64,000 nt of DNA from Polyangiaceae bacterium (GTDB lineage: Bacteria; Myxococcota_A; Polyangia; Polyangiales; Polyangiaceae). Location of the stretch: NCBI GenBank assembly GCA_044376115.1, contig JBILLK010000018.1, positions 96,001 through 160,000 on the forward strand, in the 5' to 3' direction. Under the pieces are notes generated by a model. The model did no database searches, was not told where the DNA came from, and saw only the letters and a list, made by a program, of their open reading frames with translations. Position 1 is the first letter of the stretch. Each line of letters opens with the position of its first letter. Of this stretch, positions 17,329-26,615 are shown piece after piece. The position numbers and the translations under genes were made by a program.

Positions 17329-19596
17329 ATGCTTGATCTCTCTCTTGTCGAGAAGCTCGGACAGAGCCTATTCGACGCACTATCACAAAAAGGGTTTGAG
17401 ACCCTAACGCCCGTTCAACAGGCGATTCTTGCCAGTGAACACGCCGGGCGGGATCTGCGAATCAGCTCGAAGACGGGCTCCGGCAAGACCGTGGCCATGG
17501 GTCTGCTCGTACGCGACCTGCTGGAGGGCTGCGACGCTGGCCCCCGCGTGCTCGTGATTACGCCAACGCGCGAACTCGCGAAGCAGGTCGAGGAGGAGCT
17601 GGCTTGGCTATTCGCGCCAATGAAGGCGGGCGTCGCCTCGGTGACGGGTGGGTCGGGTGGCATGGGCTACCGGCAAGAGCGGCGCGCATTGTCGCTCAAG
17701 CCGGCGATTGTCGTCGGAACGCCTGGCCGCATCTTGGACCATTTGGATCGTGGGGTCTTGATCGGTGAAAACCTCGCAGCGGTGATGCTGGATGAAGCCG
17801 ATCGCATGCTCGATCTAGGCTTTCGCGACGACATCGAGGCCATCCTCAAGAAGGCGCCAACGACGCGTCGCACCCACTTGGTCTCGGCGACATTTCCGCC
17901 GGAGGTTCGCGCCCTCGCGGACTCGATTCAGACCAACCCCGTTCGTATCGAAGGCACTCCGCTCGGCAGCGCCAATGAAGACATTGACCATTTGGTCCAC
18001 CTGATTGTGCCCGAGCAGCGGCTCTCGGCCATCATCAACCTGCTGCTGACGACGCCTTCGGATCCGGTGCTGATCTTTGCCAAGACCCGCACCGACGTCT
18101 CACAGCTCACGGCGGATCTGCGCGACGCGGGCTTCATGATCGGCAAGCTTTCCGGCGAGATGGACCAGACGGATCGGAACCGGGCTCTCGCGGCTTTCCG
18201 CCGAGGTCAGCTGGACGCCATGGTTGCCACCGACGTCGCCGCACGAGGCATCGACGTACAGGGCATTGCTCGCGTCATCCACACCGAGCCGCCGATGGAC
18301 CCCGATGCCTATATCCATCGTTCCGGGCGAACCGGTCGAGCAGGCAACAAGGGACTCAGCTCCATGCTCGTCTCCCACGGCAACCTAATGAAGGCAGAGC
18401 GCCTGTTGGCGCGGGCAAGGGTCAACTTCCGCTTTGAGCCGATCCCTACCGCCGCAGACATTCGCACCCGAAGAGATGAACGCTTCCTCGCTCTCTTGAC
18501 GGCGGATGCCCCGATCGATCCGCAAGCAGGGGAGATCAGCTCGCCGGCGCAGAAGGCCCACCTGCGAACGCTGGCCGAACGAATCCTGAAGCTCGACAAT
18601 GCGCTGCAAGCGGTGACCAATCTGCTTGAGAAGGCACGCGCAAGCGGACCGACCGAGCCCAAGGAGATCACGCCGATCGCGCCGCCGGAGAAGCGAGCCG
18701 GTCGTGGGCCAGAGGGTCGCGAGCGCCGTTCCCGCGAGGACCGAGCCCCGCGCGAGCTGGGCAATCAGACGTTCGATCTGTTCCGCATCGCCTGGGGTCA
18801 GGAGCACGGTGCCGACGCCCGCCGTTTGGTGGCCATGGTTTGCCGGCGCGGCAACATCGAGAGTCGCTCGATCGGTGCCATCCGCGTGCAGCGCACCTTC
18901 TCCACCGTTGAAATCGAGACCTCGGCTGCACCGGCCTTCGAGGAACGTGCGGCCATGCCCGACCCCCGCGATCCGCGGGTGACCATTCGGCGGTTCACCG
19001 CCAAACGCCCCGAAGAAGATCGGCCCAAGGGCGACGGCCCCCCCGGCGAAGCGCCTCGGCCCGACGAGCCCCGACGCGACGCCGAACGCGACGCTGCGCC
19101 GCGCGCAGACGGCTTTCGACCCAACCCCAAGCCCGGCTTTCCGCGACGCGATTTCGCAGGGCGGCCGCCGTTCCGCTCCGAAGGGCAAGGTCGGCCGGAC
19201 TTCGCCAGGGGCGGCGATCAACAACGTTCCTTCCGCTCCGACGCACCTCCGCGGCGTGACGACGGCGCGAGGCCGTTTCGCTCGGATGCGCCGCCGCGGC
19301 GTGACGACGGCGCGAGGCCGTTTCGCTCGGATGCGCCGCCGCGCTCAGGTGGAGACAGGCCGTTTCGCTCCGATGCACCGCCGAACCGAGATTCCTTCGG
19401 GGGTGGTTCCAAGTTTGGTGGCCCTAAGCGCACCTTTGGACCGAAGCCGTTTCGTGACGAGACGCGAGCTGGGCTTCGCCCCGAGCGGCCGGCTTCGCCG
19501 GAAGGCCGAGAGAAGCCCGCCGAATCAAGGGACAAGCCGCGGCCCAAGAAGGCAGCGGACGCACCGGCTCGCAAGTTCAAGGGCAAGCCGCGCTGA
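17329..19596 (+). CDS. deaD: DEAD-box RNA helicase (DeaD/CsdA-like, DbpA-type RNA-binding domain)
   Basis: TGSGKT, PTRELA, TPGR, DEAD, SAT, ARGID and HRSGRTGRAG motifs; GAGAGGA RBS before ATG 17329; long R/G/D-rich tail. Confidence 0.9.
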   Translation: MLDLSLVEKLGQSLFDALSQKGFETLTPVQQAILASEHAGRDLRISSKTGSGKTVAMGLLVRDLLEGCDAGPRVLVITPTRELAKQVEEELAWLFAPMKAGVASVTGGSGGMGYRQERRALSLKPAIVVGTPGRILDHLDRGVLIGENLAAVMLDEADRMLDLGFRDDIEAILKKAPTTRRTHLVSATFPPEVRALADSIQTNPVRIEGTPLGSANEDIDHLVHLIVPEQRLSAIINLLLTTPSDPVLIFAKTRTDVSQLTADLRDAGFMIGKLSGEMDQTDRNRALAAFRRGQLDAMVATDVAARGIDVQGIARVIHTEPPMDPDAYIHRSGRTGRAGNKGLSSMLVSHGNLMKAERLLARARVNFRFEPIPTAADIRTRRDERFLALLTADAPIDPQAGEISSPAQKAHLRTLAERILKLDNALQAVTNLLEKARASGPTEPKEITPIAPPEKRAGRGPEGRERRSREDRAPRELGNQTFDLFRIAWGQEHGADARRLVAMVCRRGNIESRSIGAIRVQRTFSTVEIETSAAPAFEERAAMPDPRDPRVTIRRFTAKRPEEDRPKGDGPPGEAPRPDEPRRDAERDAAPRADGFRPNPKPGFPRRDFAGRPPFRSEGQGRPDFARGGDQQRSFRSDAPPRRDDGARPFRSDAPPRRDDGARPFRSDAPPRSGGDRPFRSDAPPNRDSFGGGSKFGGPKRTFGPKPFRDETRAGLRPERPASPEGREKPAESRDKPRPKKAADAPARKFKGKPR
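19231..19383 (+). repeat. Intragenic 45-bp tandem repeat (RPFRSDAPPRRDDGA)
   Basis: Identical 45-bp units at 19249-19293 and 19294-19338; FRSDAPP occurs four times. Confidence 0.85.
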
Positions 19597-19636
19597 TTCA
19601 AGCCGCGCTGACTAGGCCTCCACCTTCGGTGGACGC

Positions 19637-19675
19637 AACGCCGCAAGCCTCCTCGCGAAGCTTGCGGCGTTTTTC
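19637..19675 (+). terminator. Rho-independent terminator of the helicase
   Basis: 12-bp stem AACGCCGCAAGC/GCTTGCGGCGTT followed by a T run. Confidence 0.8.
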
Positions 19676-19676
19676 G

Positions 19677-20762
19677 TTATCGTGCGTGTACAGGGGGCAG
19701 GGTTGGTTTTGCCGGGCGAAGCAAGTACGCCATGCCCACCCCACCAACGAACCCGCCAACGTGGGCGAGCCAGGCTACATGGTTATCCTTGTCCAGTAGC
19801 ATCAGGAACTGCATACCTACCCAAACCAATAGGTAGTAAATTGCTCGCAGCTGGAATGGGTAGAAGAGGAACACGACCCAAACTTTTACTCGCGGAAACA
19901 GCACAAAGTAAGCGCCCATCAGGCCGGCGATTGCCCCCGATGCCCCCACCATGGGCTGGGAAGATTCAAGATTACCCAGCCAGTGTGATAAGCCCGCAAT
20001 CACCGCGGTAACGAGGTAGAGGACAGTAAACTTCTTGCGACCGAGCGCGTCCTCCACGTTGTCGCCGAAGATCCAGAGGAAGTAGAGATTGCCCAACAAA
20101 TGGGCAATTGAACCGTGGAAGAAGGCGTACGTCAGCGCATTGTAAACGTGACCTTGTTCAAAGGACTTGGACACGAAATACAGATTCAGCAGCGCCGCTT
20201 CATTTCCGCTCCCCATCATCACCAATTGGCCGATAAAGATAAGCGTCAATAAGCCAACGAGCCCGTGCACCAGGACGGGCTTGCGGCGAACGGGATTGTA
20301 CGCCTCGATCGGGATCGCGGTGACCAACTGCACCAAGTACACGACCGCGATTCCCACTTTGCCATGTTTGGCACCAGGCCTCGCGTTCGCCTCCTTGGCG
20401 ACGCCAGTGATCGCCTGCAGGGCTGGGCCTTCGTTCGCGTCGAGCCACAATCCGTAGCAGTGGCCGCAGGTATCGATCTCGACCTGACGCCCATCGTGAT
20501 GCAGGAGATGGCTCCACATCGGGCCGTGCCCCGCAGGACAGCTTAGCCGGCTGACGTGCGGTGGACGCGCGATCGCCTCGGGCGGCCAATTCGCGGGGTC
20601 TGCATCCGGTCCCAACGCGACAGCCGTTTCACCCCAATCAAAGAAGCTGCCGCCACACCGATAACAGTGGTCGACATAGACATGCCCGACCGGCAGCGCG
20701 TTCATCGGGTAGGTGCAACGAGGGCAGTAGCGACCGTAGGAATATTGCTGGTAGTGGTACAC
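19677..20762 (-). CDS. Rhomboid intramembrane serine protease with N-terminal zinc ribbons
   Basis: CPRC...CYRC and CPAGH...CGHC ribbons; FFHG..AHLLGN, GASGAI and AHVGG rhomboid motifs. Confidence 0.9.
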   Translation of the reverse strand: MYHYQQYSYGRYCPRCTYPMNALPVGHVYVDHCYRCGGSFFDWGETAVALGPDADPANWPPEAIARPPHVSRLSCPAGHGPMWSHLLHHDGRQVEIDTCGHCYGLWLDANEGPALQAITGVAKEANARPGAKHGKVGIAVVYLVQLVTAIPIEAYNPVRRKPVLVHGLVGLLTLIFIGQLVMMGSGNEAALLNLYFVSKSFEQGHVYNALTYAFFHGSIAHLLGNLYFLWIFGDNVEDALGRKKFTVLYLVTAVIAGLSHWLGNLESSQPMVGASGAIAGLMGAYFVLFPRVKVWVVFLFYPFQLRAIYYLLVWVGMQFLMLLDKDNHVAWLAHVGGFVGGVGMAYLLRPAKPTLPPVHAR

Positions 20763-20830
20763 CGCGGCGGGAGACTATCAGCGGTTGGCGATGAGCGTCG
20801 CTGGTTCGCAGCAGCTCGAAGCCAAAGCCT

Positions 20831-21799
20831 TCAGACCCAGTTCATCAAGGCGCTGGCGAGTGAAAGGATTCGCTCCCGAGGGGATCGCCTGCGCTCGCAC
20901 GAGACCTCGAGCACACGGGCGCGCTCAGCACCCTCGAGCAGATAGTCGTCGCTGGTGACCAAGCGGTCGACGAGCCCAAGCGATAGAGCCTTGGTGCCGT
21001 ACCAGTACTCGCCGGTCGCGACCGCCTCGATATCGAGTGAGGGCCTCATCTCCTTGACGAAGTCCTTGAACAGCGTGTGCGTTTCCTCGAGCTGCTCCTT
21101 CAGCTTGGCCTTGCCTTCGGCGGTGTTGGGTCCGAGCAGGCTCGTCGTGCGTTTGTACTTCCCAGCCGTTACGTCTTCGTAGTCGACGCCCAACTTCTCG
21201 AGAGCTCGATGGAGATTGGGCACCGGCGCTACGACGCCAATCGAGCCAATGATCGCAAACGGTGCGGCCACCACATGGTTCGCGACGCAGGCCATCATGT
21301 AGCCACCGCTTGCCGCCACACGATCGACGGCGATCGTTAGTCGAACACCTCGAGTCCGCAGCCGACCGAGCTGCGAAGCAGCGAGACCGTAGCTGTGGAC
21401 CGCTCCTCCGGGGCTCTCGAGTCGCAGCACGACCTCGTCATCAGGCTTAGCGATCCCAGCGATCGCCGTGACTTCCTCGCGCAAGTCCTCGACCGCCGAA
21501 GCCAACACGTCCCCTTTGAAGTCGAGGACGAAGAGTCTCTTGTGCGGTGCGATTCCTTTTTTGCGCTCGGCCTCAGCAAGTTTGCGGGCGGCCTTCTGCT
21601 CGGCCATGGGCAAAAGGCCAATGCGGACACCTTCCCGCATATCGCGCCAGCGGGCACTTACATCGCGAATACGTATGCTTGGATCCTCGTGGGAAGGCCT
21701 GCGCATTCGACCGGCGATCAACATCATGCAACCGGCAAACGTGATGAAGACCACGAGCGCCTTCGCGGCGAAGTCGAGAATGCTGAATAGCGTTTCCAC
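20831..21799 (-). CDS. sohB: Protease SohB (S49)
   Basis: FVLDFKGD, LREEVTA, LESPGG.V..YGLAASQL, AASGGYMMAC, TAGKYKRT, ATGE.W.G. Confidence 0.93.
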   Translation of the reverse strand: METLFSILDFAAKALVVFITFAGCMMLIAGRMRRPSHEDPSIRIRDVSARWRDMREGVRIGLLPMAEQKAARKLAEAERKKGIAPHKRLFVLDFKGDVLASAVEDLREEVTAIAGIAKPDDEVVLRLESPGGAVHSYGLAASQLGRLRTRGVRLTIAVDRVAASGGYMMACVANHVVAAPFAIIGSIGVVAPVPNLHRALEKLGVDYEDVTAGKYKRTTSLLGPNTAEGKAKLKEQLEETHTLFKDFVKEMRPSLDIEAVATGEYWYGTKALSLGLVDRLVTSDDYLLEGAERARVLEVSCERRRSPRERILSLASALMNWV

Positions 21800-21830
21800 G
21801 AGGGCTCCATACTCCGGCTAAGCTGCGGCC

Positions 21831-22277
21831 ATGGAGCGACCTTTTCGAGTGTTGGGAATTCAGCAGATCGCGGTTGGCAGCAACTCCAAGGCGAGCCTGC
21901 GCCGACTCTGGGTGGACCTGCTTGGGCTGGTTCCCGAGGGCAGCTTTCAGAGCGAAAAGGAGAACGTGGACGAGGACATCCTGTCGGTCGGCGAGGGACA
22001 CGCACGGGTCGAGGTCGACCTGATGCAGCCGCTGGATCCCGACAAGAAACCCAAGGTCAACGAGCCAGCTCTCAACCACATAGGCTTGTGGATCGACGAT
22101 CTCCCCAAGGCTGTGGCTTGGCTAGCGGAGCAAGGCGTCCGCTTCACCCCCGGCGGCATACGACGTGGCGCCTCCGGTCACGACGTGTGCTTTATCCACC
22201 CTAAAGGCAATGAAGAAACTCCGCAGGGAGGAGAAGGGGTTTTGATTGAGTTGGTACAAGCCCCTCCTCGATCCTGA
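21831..22277 (+). CDS. VOC-family protein (methylmalonyl-CoA epimerase-like)
   Basis: [42 protein letters not shown]. Confidence 0.85.
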   Translation: MERPFRVLGIQQIAVGSNSKASLRRLWVDLLGLVPEGSFQSEKENVDEDILSVGEGHARVEVDLMQPLDPDKKPKVNEPALNHIGLWIDDLPKAVAWLAEQGVRFTPGGIRRGASGHDVCFIHPKGNEETPQGGEGVLIELVQAPPRS

Positions 22278-22289
22278 GGACCCCGCGCA

Positions 22290-22457
22290 TCAATCGGTGC
22301 AGGGGATGTTGCTGTATCGTTCGTCCTCTTCTTGTGCGACCTCAACTTGGCAGCTGCTGACGAAGGGGCTTGCTTGGCCAGCAGCGATTGCCGTCCGCTC
22401 TGCGAGTTCACGCAGGGTAGAGGCCTGAGACGTCTGGCTGGCATTTGTTTGATCCAT
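22290..22457 (-). CDS. 55-aa peptide ending in EEDERYSNIPCTD
   Basis: ATG 22457 to TGA 22290 fits in the gap convergent with the VOC gene. Coding status is unproven. Confidence 0.45.
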   Translation of the reverse strand: MDQTNASQTSQASTLRELAERTAIAAGQASPFVSSCQVEVAQEEDERYSNIPCTD

Positions 22458-22774
22458 AGGTTCAGGTGAGCAAGGGCTGTGCCCGCGACCTAATTTGACG
22501 CACTGTGCGGGCGATTTCCGCTTATCGAAGTGCCGTAACGATCCGTGGGTGCGCGGCCGTTGTCCGTGGCAGCTAATGAATCTCAACCACTTGCCGCGGA
22601 CCGAACCAGACACTCTAAAGACGGTCGGTGATGGCTCAGCGCGTTGAGCTTGCAAAGACCAGCCTGCATTGCCGCTGTGCATCACGACTGAGCAGCCGTT
22701 GAGCCGCGTTCTTGATTTCGCATGCGTAAAGTCGTTTGCAGCTTGACCATGCGGCCGCGTTCGACCCATGAGAC

Positions 22775-23066
22775 CCCTTGAAGCTTCGACTTTTGCACGC
22801 GTCTGGCGAAGGCGGATGCAGCAACGAGACCGGAGTGGACAGAGTCCACGAAGTGGAACGGAGTCCGCGGAGGTCTAACGGAGTGCCGAAGGCACGAAGT
22901 GAAGGACTCGGGCCTTCTTCCGAAGACCGGCCGAAGGCCCCTTGCCCTTTGGACTTGGCACGAGTCATTCAACCGAAGGTTGATGCAGCAACAAGAATGA
23001 CTCGGGCCCTCTTTTCGAAGAACGGCCGAAGGCCCGATTGAGCTTCGACTTTTGGCACGAGTCATT
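22775..23066. repeat. Cluster of palindromic repeats (GAA-triloop hairpins, two ~65-70 bp related units)
   Basis: Hairpins at 22845-22857, 22883-22895, 22929-22939, 22969-22983 and 23024-23034; related units at 22905-22969 and 22996-23066. Confidence 0.8.
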
Positions 23067-23102
23067 TACACGGTGGAGCAGGCGGAGGAGAGTGGAGATC
23101 CC

Positions 23103-23324
23103 ATGAGCGCAGAGATGCCGAAACCGACCTGTCCTTGTGGGCACGACCGAACCCACCACATGGTCTCACCCAACGCGAACTACACGTTCACCGGCTGGTG
23201 TCTGAACGTGATCGGGATCACCGCCACACCAACCGAGATTCGCTTTGTCTGCCGCCGCTGCGACACGACAATTGAACGAATTACCGATCCAAAGGAAATG
23301 GAAGGGATCCGCATCTATGGCTGA
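23103..23324 (+). CDS. Small zinc-ribbon protein
   Basis: CPCGH...CRRC; GGAG RBS; overlaps the astB start. Confidence 0.7.
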   Translation: MSAEMPKPTCPCGHDRTHHMVSPNANYTFTGWCLNVIGITATPTEIRFVCRRCDTTIERITDPKEMEGIRIYG

Positions 23325-24654
23325 GCCGCTCGGGGAGTTGAACTTCGACGGCCTCGTAGGGCCCACCCACAACTTTGCCGGCCTCAGCCCTGGGAACCTT
23401 GCCAGCACGCACAACCGCGAGGCCCCATCGAATCCGCGAGCCGCTGCGCTACAAGGACTCGACAAGATGGCCCATGTAGCCAGCCTTGGGGTTGCTCAAG
23501 CGGTGTTGCCTCCCCAGCTTCGTCCGCACCTACCGACGCTGAGAAGGCTGGGGTTCCGCGGAAGTGATGAGCAAATGATAGCGGCCGCCGCAACCGCTGA
23601 ACCCACCCTGCTGCGGCGGGTCTCGAGCGCTTCCTCGATGTGGGTAGCCAACGCAGCAACGGTGGCACCGAGTTCGGACACGCGGGATGGGCGCCTCCAC
23701 CTCGTCCCGGCGAACCTCACCAGCATGATGCATCGCAGCCTCGAGGCCGAGTTCACGACGCTTTTGCTCAGGCGGCTCTTCGCAGACGAGCAACGGTTTG
23801 CGGTCCACGACGCCTTACCGGCCTCTGACGCACTCAGCGATGAAGGCGCGGCGAATCACGCGCGACTCTACGGTCCCAACGGCGGAGTGCACCTCTTCGG
23901 CTGGGGCCGCAGCGCGACCCAATCGCCTTCGCGACTTCCGGCACGGCAGAGCCTGGAGGCCTCGCGCGCGGTTGCGCGGCTGCTCGACCTGCCCGATGAA
24001 CGCGTGGTGTTTGCGCAGCAGGATCCAGTCGGAATTGACGGCGGTGCGTTTCATTCTGATGTCCTGCTCGTCGGAAATCACAACTTACTGATGCTCCATG
24101 AACGAGCGTTGGTTGATCAAAAGGCCGTCATTGAGCAATTGGAGCTTCGACTTGGTGAGCCGCTAAAGGTGGTGCAGGCAACCGAGAGCGAGCTTCCACT
24201 CGGCGTCGCGGTCTCCTGCTACCCGTTCAACTCGCAAGTGCTCAGCGTGCCTTCGCCGAGCGGAGAGACGATGGTGATCGTGGCGCCTAAAGACGCCGAG
24301 GAGAACGCACTTACGCTGCAGTTTCTTCAGCGAGTGACGCGTGAGGTGGATGCGGTGAGCCGCGTGGATTTCCTCGAGCTAAGGCAATCGATGCGAAACG
24401 GCGGTGGCCCAGCGTGTCTCCGCTTACGGGTGCCCGTAACGTCGGAGGAACGCGGCGCGATCAATGCTCGTGTGCTGTTCGACGAGAGCCTCGAACAGGA
24501 CCTGCGAGCGTGGGTGGGCCGCAACTACCGTGACCAACTCGAGCCCCGAGATCTTGCTGATCCCGCTCTAATTCGGGAGGTTTTGGTTGCCTTGGACGAA
24601 CTCACCGCGCTTCTGCGACTCGGGTCGGTCTATGAGTTCCAGACCCCAGGATAA
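23317..24654 (+). CDS. astB: N-succinylarginine dihydrolase
   Basis: ELNFDGLVGPTHNFAGLS.GN.AS, SASSMW.ANAATV, DEGAANH, SM.NGGGPACLRLRV. Confidence 0.95.
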   Translation: MAEPLGELNFDGLVGPTHNFAGLSPGNLASTHNREAPSNPRAAALQGLDKMAHVASLGVAQAVLPPQLRPHLPTLRRLGFRGSDEQMIAAAATAEPTLLRRVSSASSMWVANAATVAPSSDTRDGRLHLVPANLTSMMHRSLEAEFTTLLLRRLFADEQRFAVHDALPASDALSDEGAANHARLYGPNGGVHLFGWGRSATQSPSRLPARQSLEASRAVARLLDLPDERVVFAQQDPVGIDGGAFHSDVLLVGNHNLLMLHERALVDQKAVIEQLELRLGEPLKVVQATESELPLGVAVSCYPFNSQVLSVPSPSGETMVIVAPKDAEENALTLQFLQRVTREVDAVSRVDFLELRQSMRNGGGPACLRLRVPVTSEERGAINARVLFDESLEQDLRAWVGRNYRDQLEPRDLADPALIREVLVALDELTALLRLGSVYEFQTPG

Positions 24655-25265
24655 TGTGGCAGGATAGCCCCGTGAAGCGCACGAAGAGTTTCGTTCTGAC
24701 CCTTTGCCTTGCTCTTTCCGCCTGTGGGGGCTCAATTCAGTACGACTACGCGAAAGAGTACGATCCGCGAAAGAACGAGTATGTCATCGGCGCCGCCGAC
24801 GGGCTGAACATCAACGTGTGGCAGAACCCCGACCTCTCCACCACTGCCGTTGTGCGCCCAGACGGAACCATCACCCTCCCTTTGGTTGGAGACATCCAGG
24901 TCGCAGGCAAAACGCCGACCGAGGTACGAGACGAGATCAAGGTGCAGATCTCTCAGTTCGTCAAAGCTGAGGCAGCTATCGTCACAGTGGCCGTTTCCGC
25001 CATTGAGAGTTATCGCTTTACGGTGACAGGCGCAGTTGCCAACCCGGGCTCCTTCTCGGCCTCGTATTACGTATCAATCGCCGAGGCGATTGCGATGGCT
25101 GGCGGTCCGACGCGGTTCGCCGACACGAGTCAGATTGAGATCATCCGCACGAGCCAGAACGGCAAGCAGCGACGCATTCCGATCGACTACGACGACATCA
25201 GCACGAGGCGCCGACCGGAGGCCAACCTGATCCTGGTGGCTGGGGACACGGTCTTCATCCCCTGA
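24654..25265 (+). CDS. Polysaccharide biosynthesis/export (Wza/OPX-like) lipoprotein, short form
   Basis: LSAC lipobox; YVIG..D.L.I.VW, VRPDG.I.LPL.G, SLBB-like V.GAV..PG...AGG; lacks a C-terminal outer-membrane helix. Confidence 0.88.
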   Translation: MWQDSPVKRTKSFVLTLCLALSACGGSIQYDYAKEYDPRKNEYVIGAADGLNINVWQNPDLSTTAVVRPDGTITLPLVGDIQVAGKTPTEVRDEIKVQISQFVKAEAAIVTVAVSAIESYRFTVTGAVANPGSFSASYYVSIAEAIAMAGGPTRFADTSQIEIIRTSQNGKQRRIPIDYDDISTRRRPEANLILVAGDTVFIP

Positions 25266-25312
25266 TAGGACGCCGCGGCCCTTTGGACCGCCGCTCCGCT
25301 TTTTGCGCTATC

Positions 25313-26536
25313 TCAGCCAGCGTAGCCCTGCTCACCGTGTTGCGACACATCGAGCCCTTCTCGTTCGTCCGCTGGGGCCACCCGCAGATCGAGGAAGCTT
25401 CGAATGATTCGCAGTAGGCCCCAGGTGCCGACGATCGCGACGGCGATCGCGACGACCGATGCCAGCGCCTGCACAAGCAACAGCTTGGCGTTTCCGAAGA
25501 GCAGCCCGTTCGCCCCCACCGTTACGCCGTCGAGCGAGCGCTCCTCGGCGAAGACTCCGGTGAGTAGCGCGCCAACGACTCCGCCTACACCGTGGACGCC
25601 GAAGGCATCGAGCGAATCGTCGTAGCCAAGCCGGTACTTCATTAGCACGGCCCCAAAGCACGCCGCTCCACCGAGCGCCCCCATGACGAAGGCCGCCCAA
25701 GGAGCGACGAAGCCCGCGGCAGGCGTGATGACCACAAGCCCGGCAACGAGTCCCGAGGCAACGCCCAACGCCGTTCCCTTCCCGCCGTGCTTCCACTCGA
25801 GCACGACCCAGCCCAGCGCCCCACCGGCCGCGCCTAGATGGGTATTGATGAACGCGAGTGAAGCAAGCTGACCTGCGCCCAGCGCGCTGCCGGCATTGAA
25901 GCCGAACCAGCCAAACCACAAAACGCCAGCGCCCGTCATCGTCATCGTCAGGTTGTGCGGTAACGGCCGCTCTGCTGGGTACTTGAGGCGTGGCCCAATT
26001 ACGAGCGCGCAGACCAGCGCGGAGACCCCGGCGGTGATGTGGATGACGGTTCCGCCAGCAAAATCAAGCGCACCCAATTTGAACAGCCAACCACCTTCGT
26101 TCCAAACCCAATGAGCCATCGGGCAATAGACAATTAAACTCCAGGCCACCGCAAATACGAGGTAGGCCGAAAAACGCATGCGCTCCGCGAACGCCCCCGA
26201 GATCAGCGCGGGCGTAATCACGGCAAACATCATCTGAAATGAAACAAAGGCCAGCGTCGGGACGGTTCCCCTTTGTTCACCGATCAGCCCGCGCAGTAAG
26301 AAGTGGGACGAGTCGCCGATCCAACCGTTTACAGTGGGTCCAAAGGCGAGCGAGTAGCCAAAGAAGAGCCATAACGCGCTAATGATGGGGATCGCTGCGA
26401 CCGAATGCATGATCGTAGAGAGCACGTTCTTGCGTCGAACGAGCCCGCCGTAGAACAACGCCAGAGCAGGGGTCATCAGCAGCACGAGTGCGCTGGAGGC
26501 AAGCAGCCACGCAGTATCGCCAGTGTCGGGTTTCAT
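25313..26536 (-). CDS. amt: Ammonium transporter
   Basis: DTAW.L.S.ALV.LMTP, FQMMFA.ITPAL, DFAGGTV.H, WFGWFGFNAGS, DD.LDAFGVHG. Confidence 0.95.
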   Translation of the reverse strand: MKPDTGDTAWLLASSALVLLMTPALALFYGGLVRRKNVLSTIMHSVAAIPIISALWLFFGYSLAFGPTVNGWIGDSSHFLLRGLIGEQRGTVPTLAFVSFQMMFAVITPALISGAFAERMRFSAYLVFAVAWSLIVYCPMAHWVWNEGGWLFKLGALDFAGGTVIHITAGVSALVCALVIGPRLKYPAERPLPHNLTMTMTGAGVLWFGWFGFNAGSALGAGQLASLAFINTHLGAAGGALGWVVLEWKHGGKGTALGVASGLVAGLVVITPAAGFVAPWAAFVMGALGGAACFGAVLMKYRLGYDDSLDAFGVHGVGGVVGALLTGVFAEERSLDGVTVGANGLLFGNAKLLLVQALASVVAIAVAIVGTWGLLRIIRSFLDLRVAPADEREGLDVSQHGEQGYAG

Positions 26537-26561
26537 CGTCCGGCAGCAGAACCGCTCGAGT

Positions 26562-26599
26562 GTTTCCGCAAGGTTTCGGCTGTGTTTCGTGAACGTTCC
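26562..26599 (-). promoter_or_regulatory. Four GAAAC-type direct repeats with an exact 11-bp period upstream of amt
   Basis: Plus strand GTTTC at 26562, 26573 and 26584, and GTTCC at 26595. Confidence 0.6.
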
Positions 26600-26615
26600 G
26601 ACTAGCCTCAACGGT

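Noticed and set aside
22775..23066. CRISPR array
   Set aside because: Units are long, diverged and few, there are no unique equal-length spacers, and no cas genes are present.
22955..23070. Sigma54 promoters at TTGGCACG
   Set aside because: Neither copy has the -12 TTGC at the required spacing. Both are parts of the repeat unit.
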